NCBI GenBank assembly: GCA_035509435.1
Contig: DATJLR010000002.1
Location: 5,774 to 69,773, forward strand
DNA from: Minisyncoccota bacterium
GTDB taxonomy: Bacteria > Patescibacteriota > Minisyncoccia > UBA6257 > 2-01-FULL-56-20
DNA: 64,000 nt
Direction: 5' to 3'
The position numbers and the translations under genes were made by a program. Positions 47,011 through 57,092 of the stretch are shown here, piece by piece. Positions within the stretch are counted from its first letter, which is position 1. Every line of letters starts with the position of its first letter. A model generated the notes under the pieces. It worked only from the letters and a program-made list of their open reading frames with translations. It made no database searches and was not told the origin of the DNA.

Positions 47011-48129
47011 ATGCTTGGAAAAGGACTCGAATCGCTCATACCGAAGAACAACAACCAAGGCGACGGCGCTCAGGCGAACAATGCCGGTGGTGAAAATATC
47101 TCCCAACCCCAGCCCCATCCCGGCTTCGTTCCTCCGGCACAGCCTGCCCAGCCGGTTTCGCAGCCTGTTCAGTCCGTGATGCCATCGCAAGAGCAGCGGC
47201 CGCAGCCGACGCCACAGCCACAGCCCCATCCTCAATCCCAGCCGGCGCGTGAATCGTATGTGCCGCCTCGCCGCGAGGAACCGGCTCCGCAGGAATCCAT
47301 CTTCCATATCGAAACGGAAAAGATAACCGCGAATCCGGACCAGCCGCGCCGGCACTTTGACGAAGAGGCGCTCCATGAGCTCGCGAATTCCATCCGCGAG
47401 TTCGGATTTCTCCAGCCGCTCGTCGTGTCAAAGGTGGAAAAAGAAACGCCGACCGGCATCGCCGTGGAATATCAGATCATTGCGGGCGAGCGGCGGTTCA
47501 TGGCGGCGAAGCTGCTCGGGCTTCCGCGCGTGCCGGTGATCATCCGCAACATCAATCTTGAGCGCGAGAAGCTGGAGCTTGGCGTGATCGAGAACATTCA
47601 GCGCGAGAATCTGAACCCGATCGAAATGGCGCGCGCGTTCCAGCGCCTTCAAGAGGAATTTCGCATGACCCAGCGCGAGATCGCGGCCAAGCTCGGCAAG
47701 AGCCGCGAAGTGGTGGCGAACGCGGTGCGCTTGCTTGACCTGCCGGAATACGTCCAGCGTGCGGTGGAGGAAGGCACCCTTTCCGAGAGCAATGCGCGGC
47801 TCCTGATCGCGATCGAGGATCCGGCGGAGCAGAAAAAAATGCTGGACGACATCGTGCAAAACAAGCTTACGACGCGCGACGTGCGCGAGCGCATCCAGCG
47901 CACGGCAGTGGCATCCGGCGGCACGGTGGCGCACCGGCGCGGCCGGCCGCCGCTCGTGGAAGTGCGCCTCGCGCCGGAGGTGAAGGCGCTTCAGGATGAG
48001 CTTTCAAGCTCCCTCGGCGCGCCGGTGGAGATCAGCAAGAATGCCAACAACGGCAAGATCACGATCACATTCTTCTCGGAGGAGGAATTGGAAGATATTT
48101 TGAGGAAGCTTGGAAAGGAGCAGGGATAG
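47011..48129 (+). CDS. parB: Chromosome partitioning protein ParB/Spo0J
   Basis: LGKGLESLI, NPDQPRR.F, IIAGERR, IENIQRENLNPIE; Pro/Gln-rich linker. Confidence 0.96.
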   Translation: MLGKGLESLIPKNNNQGDGAQANNAGGENISQPQPHPGFVPPAQPAQPVSQPVQSVMPSQEQRPQPTPQPQPHPQSQPARESYVPPRREEPAPQESIFHIETEKITANPDQPRRHFDEEALHELANSIREFGFLQPLVVSKVEKETPTGIAVEYQIIAGERRFMAAKLLGLPRVPVIIRNINLEREKLELGVIENIQRENLNPIEMARAFQRLQEEFRMTQREIAAKLGKSREVVANAVRLLDLPEYVQRAVEEGTLSESNARLLIAIEDPAEQKKMLDDIVQNKLTTRDVRERIQRTAVASGGTVAHRRGRPPLVEVRLAPEVKALQDELSSSLGAPVEISKNANNGKITITFFSEEELEDILRKLGKEQG

Positions 48130-48154
48130 TTCGCATTTTGCTATCATATAGAGT

Positions 48155-49393
48155 ATGAACCCTCGTGCCTCGCGCCATGGCTTTACCCTCATCGAGCTTC
48201 TCGTCGTCATCGCCATCATCGCCATCCTTGCGGTGGTCGTCGTCCTCACCCTGAATCCGGCCCAGCTTCTGGCCCAGTCCCGTGATGCAAACCGGGTCTC
48301 AGACATGGCAACGCTCCAAAGTGCTTTGAACCTCTATGTGACGGATCAGGCAGGGGCATCAACCTTCAATCTGGGTATTGCATCAGACACATATCCCTCT
48401 ATCTATGACCCGAATGCCACCTCTACCGCAGGGGACCAATGCCAGGGGCTCAATATGGCATCATTCTCCACCTCTACCGGCCAGAACTGGCAATGCGCGG
48501 CATCCTCATCCTACCGGAGCGTGAACGATACGGGCTGGATCCCCGTGAACCTCTCATCCATCTCTGCAGGCTCTCCCGTGAGCAACCTTCCCCAGGACCC
48601 TACGAACCAGACCTCATCAGGCCTCTTCTACGCATACAATACGAATGGGTCCCAGTTCCAGGTCACTGCAGACCTTGAATCTTCAAAATACAAGGCACAA
48701 TACGGGAATTCCCCGAATACCAGCTATTTCCCTGAGGTCATATCAGGAGGCACCCAGGGCATCTCTGCCTTGTACAACCCGTCAGGCCTCGTGGGCTACT
48801 GGCCGATGAACGAGGGGAGTGGATCTTCTACGATCGATGCCTCGGGCAATGGCAATACGGGGACGTGGACAGGCACGCCCATCGGATCCAATGGCACCTA
48901 CTATACCGGAGGCAAAGTGGGAAGCTATGCGGGGGATTTTGATGGGAGCACGAATTATGTGACAACGACCTCCAACCTTCCCACTCTTACCACATTTACG
49001 CTTGCTGCGTGGGTGGACCTTTCGTCGTCCCCGGGAAGGGGATTTGTCCTGTGGGTGTCGCCCGCAGATATTGAAATCGATGGCGGAAATCTTAATTTCA
49101 ATAAAACTGGCACCGGGGGAGTTGCATTGTCCACAACGGCCGGCGTCACGGTCGGCGCTTGGCATTTTGTGGCGGCGACATGGAACGGGTCAAGCCCGTA
49201 TTTATATATCGACGGCGCCAACGTCACTCCCGGATCTTTTTCGTACGGCTACACCACGATCGGCGGCGCCTCTGGCGAAATAGGAGCTTACAACGCATCC
49301 TCGTTCTTTCCGGGATCCATTGACGATGTGCGCGTCTATGGCCGCGCGCTTTCTCCGGCGGAGGTGATGGCACTCTACGACTCGGAGAAATAG
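48155..49393 (+). CDS. Type IV pilin-LamG fusion protein
   Basis: GFTLIELLVVIAIIAIL; GLVGYWPMNEG...IDDVRVYGRALS. Confidence 0.9.
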   Translation: MNPRASRHGFTLIELLVVIAIIAILAVVVVLTLNPAQLLAQSRDANRVSDMATLQSALNLYVTDQAGASTFNLGIASDTYPSIYDPNATSTAGDQCQGLNMASFSTSTGQNWQCAASSSYRSVNDTGWIPVNLSSISAGSPVSNLPQDPTNQTSSGLFYAYNTNGSQFQVTADLESSKYKAQYGNSPNTSYFPEVISGGTQGISALYNPSGLVGYWPMNEGSGSSTIDASGNGNTGTWTGTPIGSNGTYYTGGKVGSYAGDFDGSTNYVTTTSNLPTLTTFTLAAWVDLSSSPGRGFVLWVSPADIEIDGGNLNFNKTGTGGVALSTTAGVTVGAWHFVAATWNGSSPYLYIDGANVTPGSFSYGYTTIGGASGEIGAYNASSFFPGSIDDVRVYGRALSPAEVMALYDSEK

Positions 49394-49399
49394 CGGGCC

Positions 49400-51166
49400 T
49401 TAGACCAGCCGATACGCCGCCTCCTTCACCCCTTTCACGCCGCGCAATTTTGCCACGAGCTTCTCGAGCTTTTTCTTGTCGGTGGAGCGCACTTCCACCC
49501 TGTCGGTGTGGAGCGGCTTTCCCTGCGAAGGTTCCGTGTGAAAGCTCAAAATCCCGATGTGCAGCTCTGCGATCGCGCCGGAGATGTCCTTGATGAGGCC
49601 GATGCGGTCCTCTACAGCCAGCTTGACCTCTGCGTGCGTCGAAAGGCCCGGCGATCGCGCGAACGCGTTCCGCTTGCGGAGCGCGAGGCGGATGTGGTCC
49701 CGCGCGATCGCGGTCTTTGCGAAGCGGAGCCAGTCCTCCGACGGCTTCTTCCCTTTTTGCATGACGATCTCCACGACGTCCCCGGACTTCAGGGCGTGAT
49801 CAAGCGTGCTCATGGCGCCGTTCACCTTTGCCGCGACGGCGGAGTTGCCGATCTCGGAATGGACGTGATAGGCAAAGTCGATCGGCGTCGCGCCGGCGGG
49901 AAGGTCGATCACGTCGCCGCGCGGCGTGATGGCGAAGATGCGGTCGGTGAAGAAGTCGATCTTCATCGCGCGCACGAACTCTTCCGGATCGGTCGCGCCG
50001 CCGCCGAACCGTTCCTGCCAGTTCTTGAGCTGCTGCACCCACTCGATCTCCTGTGCGAGCTTCTTCCCGGAAACGGACATGCCTTCCCTCCGCTGCTTGT
50101 AGAGCCAGTGCGCCGCCACGCCGTACTCGTTTTCGTCGTGCATTTCCTGGGTGCGGATCTGGATCTCCACCTGTTTTCCTTCGGGGCCGATCACGGTGGT
50201 ATGGAGGCTGCGATACGCGTTCGGCTTCGGCATGGCGATGTAGTCCTTGATGCGGCGCGGCACGGGCGGCCACAGTTCGTGGATGACGCCGAGCGCGGCG
50301 TAGCATTCGGGGAGCGTTGCGACGATCACGCGCATCGCAACGAGGTCGTGCACGCGGTCGATGTCCATGTCGCGTTTCAATAACTTTTTATATAGGCTGC
50401 TGTAGCGCTTGGCGCGCACTTCGACGTCGAGCGGCTTGATGTCGTGGGACTCAAGAAGGCGGCGCAGCTGCGGCTTTATCTTCTCCAGATACTTCGAGCG
50501 TTCCGCATATCGCGCCTTCGCGGCGGACACGAGCCACTCGTACTCGCGCGGATGGAGGTAGGGGAAGGCGAGGTCCTGCAATTCGCCGCTTACGTTGTGC
50601 ATGCCGAGCCGGTAGGCGAGCGACGCGTAGATCTCGTCGGTCTCGAGCGCGATGCGCTTTTGCTTTGCGGGCGGCAGCGACCGCAGCGTCTGCATGTTGT
50701 GCAGGCGGTCGGCGAGCTTGATGAAGACGACGCGCAGGTCCTGCGACAGCGCGAGCACCATCTTGCGCAGGTTCTCCGCCTTGTTCTCCTCCGCTGCCTG
50801 CTCGCGCTTTTCGCTCTTTTTCTTTGCGGCGCGGCGCGGCGTTTCCTCTTCGCGGTATTTTATCCGTCCCAGCTTGGTGACGCCGTCCACGAGGAACGCC
50901 ACTTCCGCACCGAACTCTTTCTTTATGGCGTCGATCGGTACGCCGGTGTCTTCAACGGTGTCGTGAAGGATCCCCGCCGCAACGGTCGCCTCATCGAGGT
51001 TCCAGGAGTGCAATATCTCCGCGGTCGCAAGCGAATGGTTGAAGTACGGCTCGCCGCTTTTCCGCTTCTGGCCTTCGTGCGCGCGCTCCGCGAACGCATA
51101 GGCGCGGCCGACCAGGCCCTGGGGCTCTTCTTGTGCCAGTTCTTTTATCGTTGCCATACGTTCCAT
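49400..51166 (-). CDS. relA: RelA/SpoT (p)ppGpp synthetase/hydrolase
   Basis: H.GQKRKSGEPY..H, LHDTVEDT, KLADRLHN, YRSLHTTV, EIQIRT, TGS (TPIDFAY.VH), ACT domain. Confidence 0.93.
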   Translation of the reverse strand: MERMATIKELAQEEPQGLVGRAYAFAERAHEGQKRKSGEPYFNHSLATAEILHSWNLDEATVAAGILHDTVEDTGVPIDAIKKEFGAEVAFLVDGVTKLGRIKYREEETPRRAAKKKSEKREQAAEENKAENLRKMVLALSQDLRVVFIKLADRLHNMQTLRSLPPAKQKRIALETDEIYASLAYRLGMHNVSGELQDLAFPYLHPREYEWLVSAAKARYAERSKYLEKIKPQLRRLLESHDIKPLDVEVRAKRYSSLYKKLLKRDMDIDRVHDLVAMRVIVATLPECYAALGVIHELWPPVPRRIKDYIAMPKPNAYRSLHTTVIGPEGKQVEIQIRTQEMHDENEYGVAAHWLYKQRREGMSVSGKKLAQEIEWVQQLKNWQERFGGGATDPEEFVRAMKIDFFTDRIFAITPRGDVIDLPAGATPIDFAYHVHSEIGNSAVAAKVNGAMSTLDHALKSGDVVEIVMQKGKKPSEDWLRFAKTAIARDHIRLALRKRNAFARSPGLSTHAEVKLAVEDRIGLIKDISGAIAELHIGILSFHTEPSQGKPLHTDRVEVRSTDKKKLEKLVAKLRGVKGVKEAAYRLV

Positions 51167-51215
51167 TCTGGCGCGGCGCGGGAAATTTTACAAATCGCCG
51201 ACGCGGCTGCCGGCA

Positions 51216-52511
51216 TCATTTGGTGGCGTTGTACATCTCCTGGATCTCCGCGGCGGAAAGGGCCCGGTCGTATACGCGCACATCGTCCAGGTAGCCGTTA
51301 TATTCCTGGAATGTCGCGTTATTGTTTGCGCCGACATCAAGCTGGGTGGCTGGCAATGCATTCACGTACGGATATGCCGTGACGCCCTGCGACGCGCCGT
51401 TCACATATGCGGTGAGGGAGGTTCCCTGGACGAACACGAACGTCAGGAACGTCCACGTGTTTGCGGGGACGACGTTGCCCGTGACCTGGACCCCTTGAAA
51501 ACTCCCATTATATCCGGTGAACTCCACCGAGTAATATCCGCCTGCGGGGCCGTTAAGGTTGAATCCATAATTTTCATCTGTGACCGTGCCGTTCCGTACC
51601 ATCCACCCTCCTGCGACCTGGCTGGAGTTCGGATCGGCCCAGAAGCTGACCGTGATCACCGTGCCAGCCGTGGCCGTCGCGTTGACGGGCGAAACCTTCA
51701 CGAATTCCTGGTCGGATTGCGCCGGCGGATTGAAATAGAGGGAGCCCGGGCCGACCCGTCCGGGTGACCAGACCGGGAGCGATCCGCCGCCGTCGTACGT
51801 CAGGGTCCCGTTGTTCCCCGCGCCGCTCCCGTCGGCGGTCACCGTCCCCGTGCCTTCGTCAAGGGGCAGGTAAAGGGCAAGCCCCCGACCGGATGTGAGC
51901 GCCATGTTCGTCCCCTTTTCGTAGAGTTCGGGGTCGTTCCCTCCGTCGCTCGCCATGAGTGGCGCTTCCTTCTGCGATTCGAAGAACGCGGTGAGCCGAT
52001 AGCCGCCGACGCCATCGGTCGTGTAGGTATAGTAAAGGTCCGTCGAGGTGGCGTTCGCCGGATCGACGGGCAATGACGAGATGATGCTTCCCGCGGAATA
52101 GCTGTTGAAGTTGATCGGCAGCCATCCGGTGCCGTCAACCCGCATGTACGTGGATGATGCCGCGCAATGGTAGGAGTATGTGGAAGAAGGGAGCGGCGGA
52201 AGGCCGAGGCCCTGGCATTGGTCTCCCGCGGTTGACGTCGCCAAAGGGTCAGGGATGGACAGGTAGACAACGGACGACGTTCCCATGAACATGGTCGACG
52301 GATTGCTTAGCGCATCGGAATAATACAACGACACGGCCTTGTTGAGCGTGGAGATGTCGGTGGCGCGGCGCGCGTCCCGGCTTTGGCGCAGGATCTGGGC
52401 CGGATTGATCAGGAAAACGACCGCGCTCGCCAGGATCGCGATGATGGCGACCGTGACCAGCAGCTCTATGAGCGTGAACCCCCGTCGTTGGACCGCTAAA
52501 TGCCGGCGCAT
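51216..52511 (-). CDS. Type IV pilin-LamG fusion protein
   Basis: GFTLIELLVTVAIIAIL; GLALYLPLDEG...LDDVRVYDRALS. Confidence 0.9.
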   Translation of the reverse strand: MRRHLAVQRRGFTLIELLVTVAIIAILASAVVFLINPAQILRQSRDARRATDISTLNKAVSLYYSDALSNPSTMFMGTSSVVYLSIPDPLATSTAGDQCQGLGLPPLPSSTYSYHCAASSTYMRVDGTGWLPINFNSYSAGSIISSLPVDPANATSTDLYYTYTTDGVGGYRLTAFFESQKEAPLMASDGGNDPELYEKGTNMALTSGRGLALYLPLDEGTGTVTADGSGAGNNGTLTYDGGGSLPVWSPGRVGPGSLYFNPPAQSDQEFVKVSPVNATATAGTVITVSFWADPNSSQVAGGWMVRNGTVTDENYGFNLNGPAGGYYSVEFTGYNGSFQGVQVTGNVVPANTWTFLTFVFVQGTSLTAYVNGASQGVTAYPYVNALPATQLDVGANNNATFQEYNGYLDDVRVYDRALSAAEIQEMYNATK

Positions 52512-52545
52512 GATGTTTTCATTATACCATCCGGCGGCAACGGAG

Positions 52546-54822
52546 CTATTTCTTCGCGCGCGCCCTCTTGGGCTTCGGCGGATTCTCTTTCCAATTCTTG
52601 AACGCGGCTTGGAGTTCCTCATCGGATTCCGGCTTCTTGTTCATCACGAACGTGCAGTCGGGATAGCGCGTGCAGGCAAAGAACGGCTTGCCGCGGCCTC
52701 GGGATTTTTTCTCCACGATGTCGCCGGGTTTTTCGCGCCGCTCGGGCGACTCCAGGCAGTTCGGGCACTTGAATCCGGTCTTGTTCCAGATCTTCGAGAT
52801 GCCTTTGCATTTGGGATAATCCGTGCAGCCAAGGAAGAAGCCAAAGCGGCCGCGTGTCACCTTCATCGGCTTGCCGCAGATCGGGCAGCGCTCGTCCTTT
52901 GTCTTTTCCTCAAGCGCCTTGATCTGCGCCGCTTCCTCCGGCATCGGGAGCGTGACCTTCACGCCGGGCTCCGGGCAGGCAAGGAATTTTCCCATGCGGC
53001 CGAACTTGATGATCATCGGCTTGCCGCAGTGCGGGCACGGCGTCGTGGATATCTCCACCTGCTTTTCCACGCTCGCTTCCTTTTCCGCCAGGTTCTTTTT
53101 GAACGGGCCGTAGAATTCGCGGCACACGTCGGTCCATTTCATCTGGCCCTCCGCTATTTCATCCAGTTCCTCTTCAATGTGAGAAGTAAATTTAACATCT
53201 ACAATCTCTGGAAAATTCTCTACCAGTAAATCGTTTACCAGGGTTCCGATCTCCGTCGGCTTATATTTCTTATCCTCTTTTTCCACATAGCCGCGCTCCT
53301 GGATGGTGGAAAGCGTCGGCGCGTACGTGGACGGCCGGCCCACGCCTTCCGCTTCGAGCGCTTTCACGAGCGTGGCATCGGTGTAGCGCGCCGGCGGTTC
53401 GGTGAAATGCTGGACGCCCGCAGGATTTTCTTTGGAACCCTCCGCGGCGCCGCCCGCGGCAAGCGTGAGCGCCATGCCATTCTCCAGCTTCGGAAGTCCG
53501 CCCTCGATCTCCCCGTTCGCATCGTCATCTTTCCCTTCGGTGTATACGCGAATGAACCCGTCAAAGATGATGGTCTGGCCGTTCGCGCGGAATATCTCGC
53601 CGTGCGATGTGTCCGCCGCGATGTCCACGGCGGTCTGTTCGAGCGTGGCCTCTTTCATCTGCGATGCGATCGTGCGTTTCCAGATAAGGTCATAGAGGCG
53701 GAGCTCGCCGCGATCCTTCAGCCCGATCTGCGATCCTGACACTGCCGCGAGGTTCGTGGGGCGGATCGCTTCGTGCGCTTCCTGCGCGCCCTTGCTGCGG
53801 TTCGCGTAATAGCGCGGCGAGGGAAGCTGGTATTGTTTCCCGAACTCCTCGCCGATCACGTGCTGCGCTTGTGCAAGCGCGGATGCCGCGAGGTTCAGGC
53901 TGTCCGTTCTCATATACGTGATGTGTCCGTTCTCATACAAATGCTGGGCGATCACCATTGTCTGCTTCGCGCTGAAGCCGAGCTTGCGCGCCGCTTCCTG
54001 CTGGAGCGTGCTCGTGGTGAACGGCGGCGACGGATTCCGGCGCACTTCCTTCACCGCGATGTCCGCGATGCGGTATTCCGCGCCCTTGAGTCCCTCTATA
54101 ATAGAGCGGGCGTCGGCGGCGCTTTTGATGCCCATCTTGCCGACCGCCTTCCCGTTGACGGAGTTCAGTACGGCGGGAAACGCCGATTTGCCTTTGGGCG
54201 GCAGGAAGGCCGCCTCGATCGTCCAATACTCCTCTTTATTGAAAGCCCGGATCAGGCGTTCGCGCTCCACGACGAGCCGCACTGCCACGCTCTGCACCCG
54301 TCCGGCGGAAAGCCCGTAGCGGATCTTGCGCCACAAAAATGGCGAGAGTTCATACCCCACGAGCCGGTCAAGCACGCGGCGCGCCTGCTGGGCATCGACG
54401 AGATTCACGTCCAGCGTATGCGGGTGCTCGAGCGCCTCCATGATCGCGTTCTTCGTGATCTCGTGGAACGCGATGCGCTCGTACGGCTTTGCCCCCGTCA
54501 CGGCGCCCTTCGCGGTTTTCGTACCGTCGAGATCAAGGGCGCTCACGAGGTGCCATGCGATCGCTTCCCCTTCGCGGTCCTCGTCAGTTGCGAGGATCAC
54601 TTTGTCCGCCTTCTTCGCGAGCGACTTCAAATGGGCCACGACCGGTTCGGCCTTCTTCGGGATCATGTAGCTTGGCGCGAAGTCATGCGCGATATCGATG
54701 CCGATCTTGCTCTTGGGCAGGTCGCGGATATGTCCGTATGAGGATTCGACCACAAATTCCTTTCCGACGAATTTGCCGATGGTTTTCGCCTTGGTGGGGG
54801 ACTCGACGATGATCAGTTCCAT
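52546..54822 (-). CDS. topA: DNA topoisomerase I
   Basis: IVESPTKAKTI, ATDEDREGE, SAGRVQS, ITYMRTDS, AHEAIRPT; C-terminal zinc ribbons. Confidence 0.97.
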   Translation of the reverse strand: MELIIVESPTKAKTIGKFVGKEFVVESSYGHIRDLPKSKIGIDIAHDFAPSYMIPKKAEPVVAHLKSLAKKADKVILATDEDREGEAIAWHLVSALDLDGTKTAKGAVTGAKPYERIAFHEITKNAIMEALEHPHTLDVNLVDAQQARRVLDRLVGYELSPFLWRKIRYGLSAGRVQSVAVRLVVERERLIRAFNKEEYWTIEAAFLPPKGKSAFPAVLNSVNGKAVGKMGIKSAADARSIIEGLKGAEYRIADIAVKEVRRNPSPPFTTSTLQQEAARKLGFSAKQTMVIAQHLYENGHITYMRTDSLNLAASALAQAQHVIGEEFGKQYQLPSPRYYANRSKGAQEAHEAIRPTNLAAVSGSQIGLKDRGELRLYDLIWKRTIASQMKEATLEQTAVDIAADTSHGEIFRANGQTIIFDGFIRVYTEGKDDDANGEIEGGLPKLENGMALTLAAGGAAEGSKENPAGVQHFTEPPARYTDATLVKALEAEGVGRPSTYAPTLSTIQERGYVEKEDKKYKPTEIGTLVNDLLVENFPEIVDVKFTSHIEEELDEIAEGQMKWTDVCREFYGPFKKNLAEKEASVEKQVEISTTPCPHCGKPMIIKFGRMGKFLACPEPGVKVTLPMPEEAAQIKALEEKTKDERCPICGKPMKVTRGRFGFFLGCTDYPKCKGISKIWNKTGFKCPNCLESPERREKPGDIVEKKSRGRGKPFFACTRYPDCTFVMNKKPESDEELQAAFKNWKENPPKPKRARAKK

Positions 54823-54840
54823 ATATATAGAGTGAATTGT

Positions 54841-55884
54841 TTATATTGTATACCCTGTGTCTGTTTCTTTGATCTTTCCTCTTATAAGAAGGAAGCTCAG
54901 GGCCTGATTGATGATTTGGGGTTCAAGTTTAGTCAACGAGACCAATTTGTCAACATCCGCCGCCGCCGAGATCTCCGTGAGGGCTTTTAAAATAAGCATT
55001 TCTTCGGGCGGCATGCCATCCGCCGCCCGCGCGGCTTCGCCCTTTTTATCAACATCATATGCCTCAAAAATATCATCGGGCGACGCCACCAGTTCCGCCC
55101 CTTGACGGATGAGCGCGTGCGACCCTTTGAAGCCGTCCACGGTGATCGCGCCGGGGACCACGAACACGTCGCGGTTCTGCTCCACCGCGTAGCGCGCCGT
55201 TGCGAGCGCGCCGGACGACTCCGGCGCCTCCACGATAAGCACGCCGCGCGATATTCCGCTCATGATGCGGTTCCGCTCGATGAACCGGTAGCTGAGCGGC
55301 GCCTCGCCCGGCGGATATTCCGATGCGAGCGTGCCGCCCGCCGCGAGCATCCGATCCGCAAGCCCGCGGTGCGAGTGGGGATAGACGTTGTCCAATCCTC
55401 CGGCGAGGACGGCGACGGTCGCGCCGTGGGCGTCGAGGGCGCCTTCATGCGCCGCCGCGTCAATGCCGAACGCCAGGCCGCTTGCGATCGCGAAGCCGAC
55501 GGCCGCAAGTTCGCGCGCGAATTGACGGGCGATGCGCTTTCCGTCGGCGCTTGCGCGCCGCGTTCCCACGATGGCAACGCGCGGCGGCGCTTCCGTGCGT
55601 TGCGGCGCGAGCGTGCCGCCGCGCAGGTAGAGGGCGAACGGCGGATGGGGGATGTGCCGGAGCGTCTCCGGAAATTCCGCGTCTTCGCGCAGCGCAATGC
55701 GGATGCCCGCACGTTCCAGCCGCGCATATTCCCGTTCCGGATCGGGACCCGGCGCGCCGCTGCGCGCGAACGCGCGATATGCCGCTTCCCACGAAGCGGC
55801 GGCATTCCGGTATTTCTTTATGGTTGCATAGCCGCCGTGCGTGGCGGCGGCAATGGCGTGATAATAATAGTGGGCGTCGTTCAT
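54841..55884 (-). CDS. dprA: DNA-processing protein DprA
   Basis: AIVGTR, SGLAFGIDAAAH, F.ERNR..SG, VEA..SSG.L.TA. Confidence 0.95.
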   Translation of the reverse strand: MNDAHYYYHAIAAATHGGYATIKKYRNAAASWEAAYRAFARSGAPGPDPEREYARLERAGIRIALREDAEFPETLRHIPHPPFALYLRGGTLAPQRTEAPPRVAIVGTRRASADGKRIARQFARELAAVGFAIASGLAFGIDAAAHEGALDAHGATVAVLAGGLDNVYPHSHRGLADRMLAAGGTLASEYPPGEAPLSYRFIERNRIMSGISRGVLIVEAPESSGALATARYAVEQNRDVFVVPGAITVDGFKGSHALIRQGAELVASPDDIFEAYDVDKKGEAARAADGMPPEEMLILKALTEISAAADVDKLVSLTKLEPQIINQALSFLLIRGKIKETDTGYTI

Positions 55885-55975
55885 GGATTATTGAGCCTAG
55901 CAGAATATGCAAAAATCGCGAAATGTGGCTTAACGATGATTTAATAATTCTCAGTTCTGTTATAATGATCAGGTA

Positions 55976-56509
55976 ATGGTCATACAGCGCTTTAGAAAGC
56001 AATTTTGGATCAGCTTCAGCGTCATTATCGTAAGCGCGATCGCTGCCGGCGTTGCTTTGAACTTCCTTTCCGGCGCGATCACCGCGCAGGCTTCCGCGAT
56101 CGCGCGCGACCGGGGAGCGATCCAGGAGAAGACCGACGCGGTCGCGAACCTCGCCATGCTCGAGTCCGGCGCGGCCCAGGCGGCGCAATACCAGACAGCG
56201 ATCGACCAGCTTTTCCCGAGCCAGTACCAGGTGGTGACGTTCACCCAGTGGCTTTCATCCCTTGGGCAGAAGTACGGCGTCGCGACCAATGCCGCGTTCC
56301 AAGGGGCGAGCGTGCCGCCGTCGGGGAGCGACCCCGGAAGCGCGCAGTTCTCTTTCAGCGCCCAGGGTACTCCGCAAGCGCTCAGCGCATTTCTCGATGG
56401 CATGAACGAGCGGTCATCCGGCTTTCTCGTATCGCTCACCTCGTTTGACGTGACAGGATCCGGAGGGGAGGAAACCATGACAGGGCAGGGCATGCTGTTC
56501 TTTAAATGA
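55976..56509 (+). CDS. PilO/PilN-like pilus assembly protein (putative)
   Basis: N-terminal TM, coiled segment, ferredoxin-like C-terminal pattern. Confidence 0.5.
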   Translation: MVIQRFRKQFWISFSVIIVSAIAAGVALNFLSGAITAQASAIARDRGAIQEKTDAVANLAMLESGAAQAAQYQTAIDQLFPSQYQVVTFTQWLSSLGQKYGVATNAAFQGASVPPSGSDPGSAQFSFSAQGTPQALSAFLDGMNERSSGFLVSLTSFDVTGSGGEETMTGQGMLFFK

Positions 56510-56519
56510 CCGCTTCCGC

Positions 56520-56798
56520 ATGAAAAAATTCTTACGCCATCATCCAAGCGTTGTGATCGGGGCCCTCGCGATAATTTTTGTCGCGGCGCTCTTCGCGGCA
56601 TATTCGTGGGCGATCAACGATGTGTTCATGGCGCTGCACACCGCGCTCGCGACGCCACGTTCGGAGAGCGTGAGCGGGTTCGACCTTGCGAGCGCGTCAA
56701 AGCTGGACCTTCGCGGATTGGTAAGTTCCTCGTCCCTATCAGCGTCGGCGCCGCAGACAGCGAGCGCGACCGCCTCCTCCACGCTGCCGACGCCATAA
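56520..56798 (+). CDS. Small single-TM hypothetical protein
   Basis: N-terminal TM, Ser/Ala-rich tail; operonic with upstream gene. Confidence 0.55.
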   Translation: MKKFLRHHPSVVIGALAIIFVAALFAAYSWAINDVFMALHTALATPRSESVSGFDLASASKLDLRGLVSSSSLSASAPQTASATASSTLPTP

Positions 56799-56878
56799 TA
56801 ACGGGGATCGTAGGGGCGCGCGGCTATTGAAAAAATCCGGACAACCCCGTATCATGAACCATGCCTTGGCCGCGCCGG

Positions 56879-56950
56879 GCGCGATTAGCTCAGTGGTAGA
56901 GCGTCACATTGACATTGTGAAGGCCGGAGGTCCGATCCCTCCATCGCGCA
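56879..56950 (+). tRNA. tRNA-Val(GAC)
   Basis: gcgcgat/atcgcgc acceptor stem; tcaca-tt-GAC-at-tgtga. Confidence 0.9.
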
Positions 56951-57011
56951 CATATGATACGCTTGCGGTCCGGACACTTCTGATGTAAAAAAGAGTGTGG
57001 CCGCTGCGATT

Positions 57012-57083
57012 GCGCGTGTAGCTCAGTGGTAGAGCATTTCACTGATAATGAAAAGGTCGTAGGTTCGATTCCTACCACGCGCA
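57012..57083 (+). tRNA. tRNA-Ile(GAT)
   Basis: gcgcgtg/cacgcgc acceptor stem; tttca-ct-GAT-aa-tgaaa; ggttcgattcc. Confidence 0.93.
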
Positions 57084-57092
57084 CAAACAAAA

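Noticed and set aside
47050-47290. Pro/Gln-rich repeats in ParB
   Set aside because: An ordinary disordered linker between the ParA-interacting peptide and the CTPase domain.
46174-48129. parS site or oriC near parAB
   Set aside because: I saw no TGTTTCACGTGAAACA-like palindrome and no DnaA-box cluster, by eye only.
4931-52511. Pilin-LamG paralogs as DGR template/variable repeats
   Set aside because: No reverse transcriptase in the window and no near-identical pair differing only at adenines was seen.
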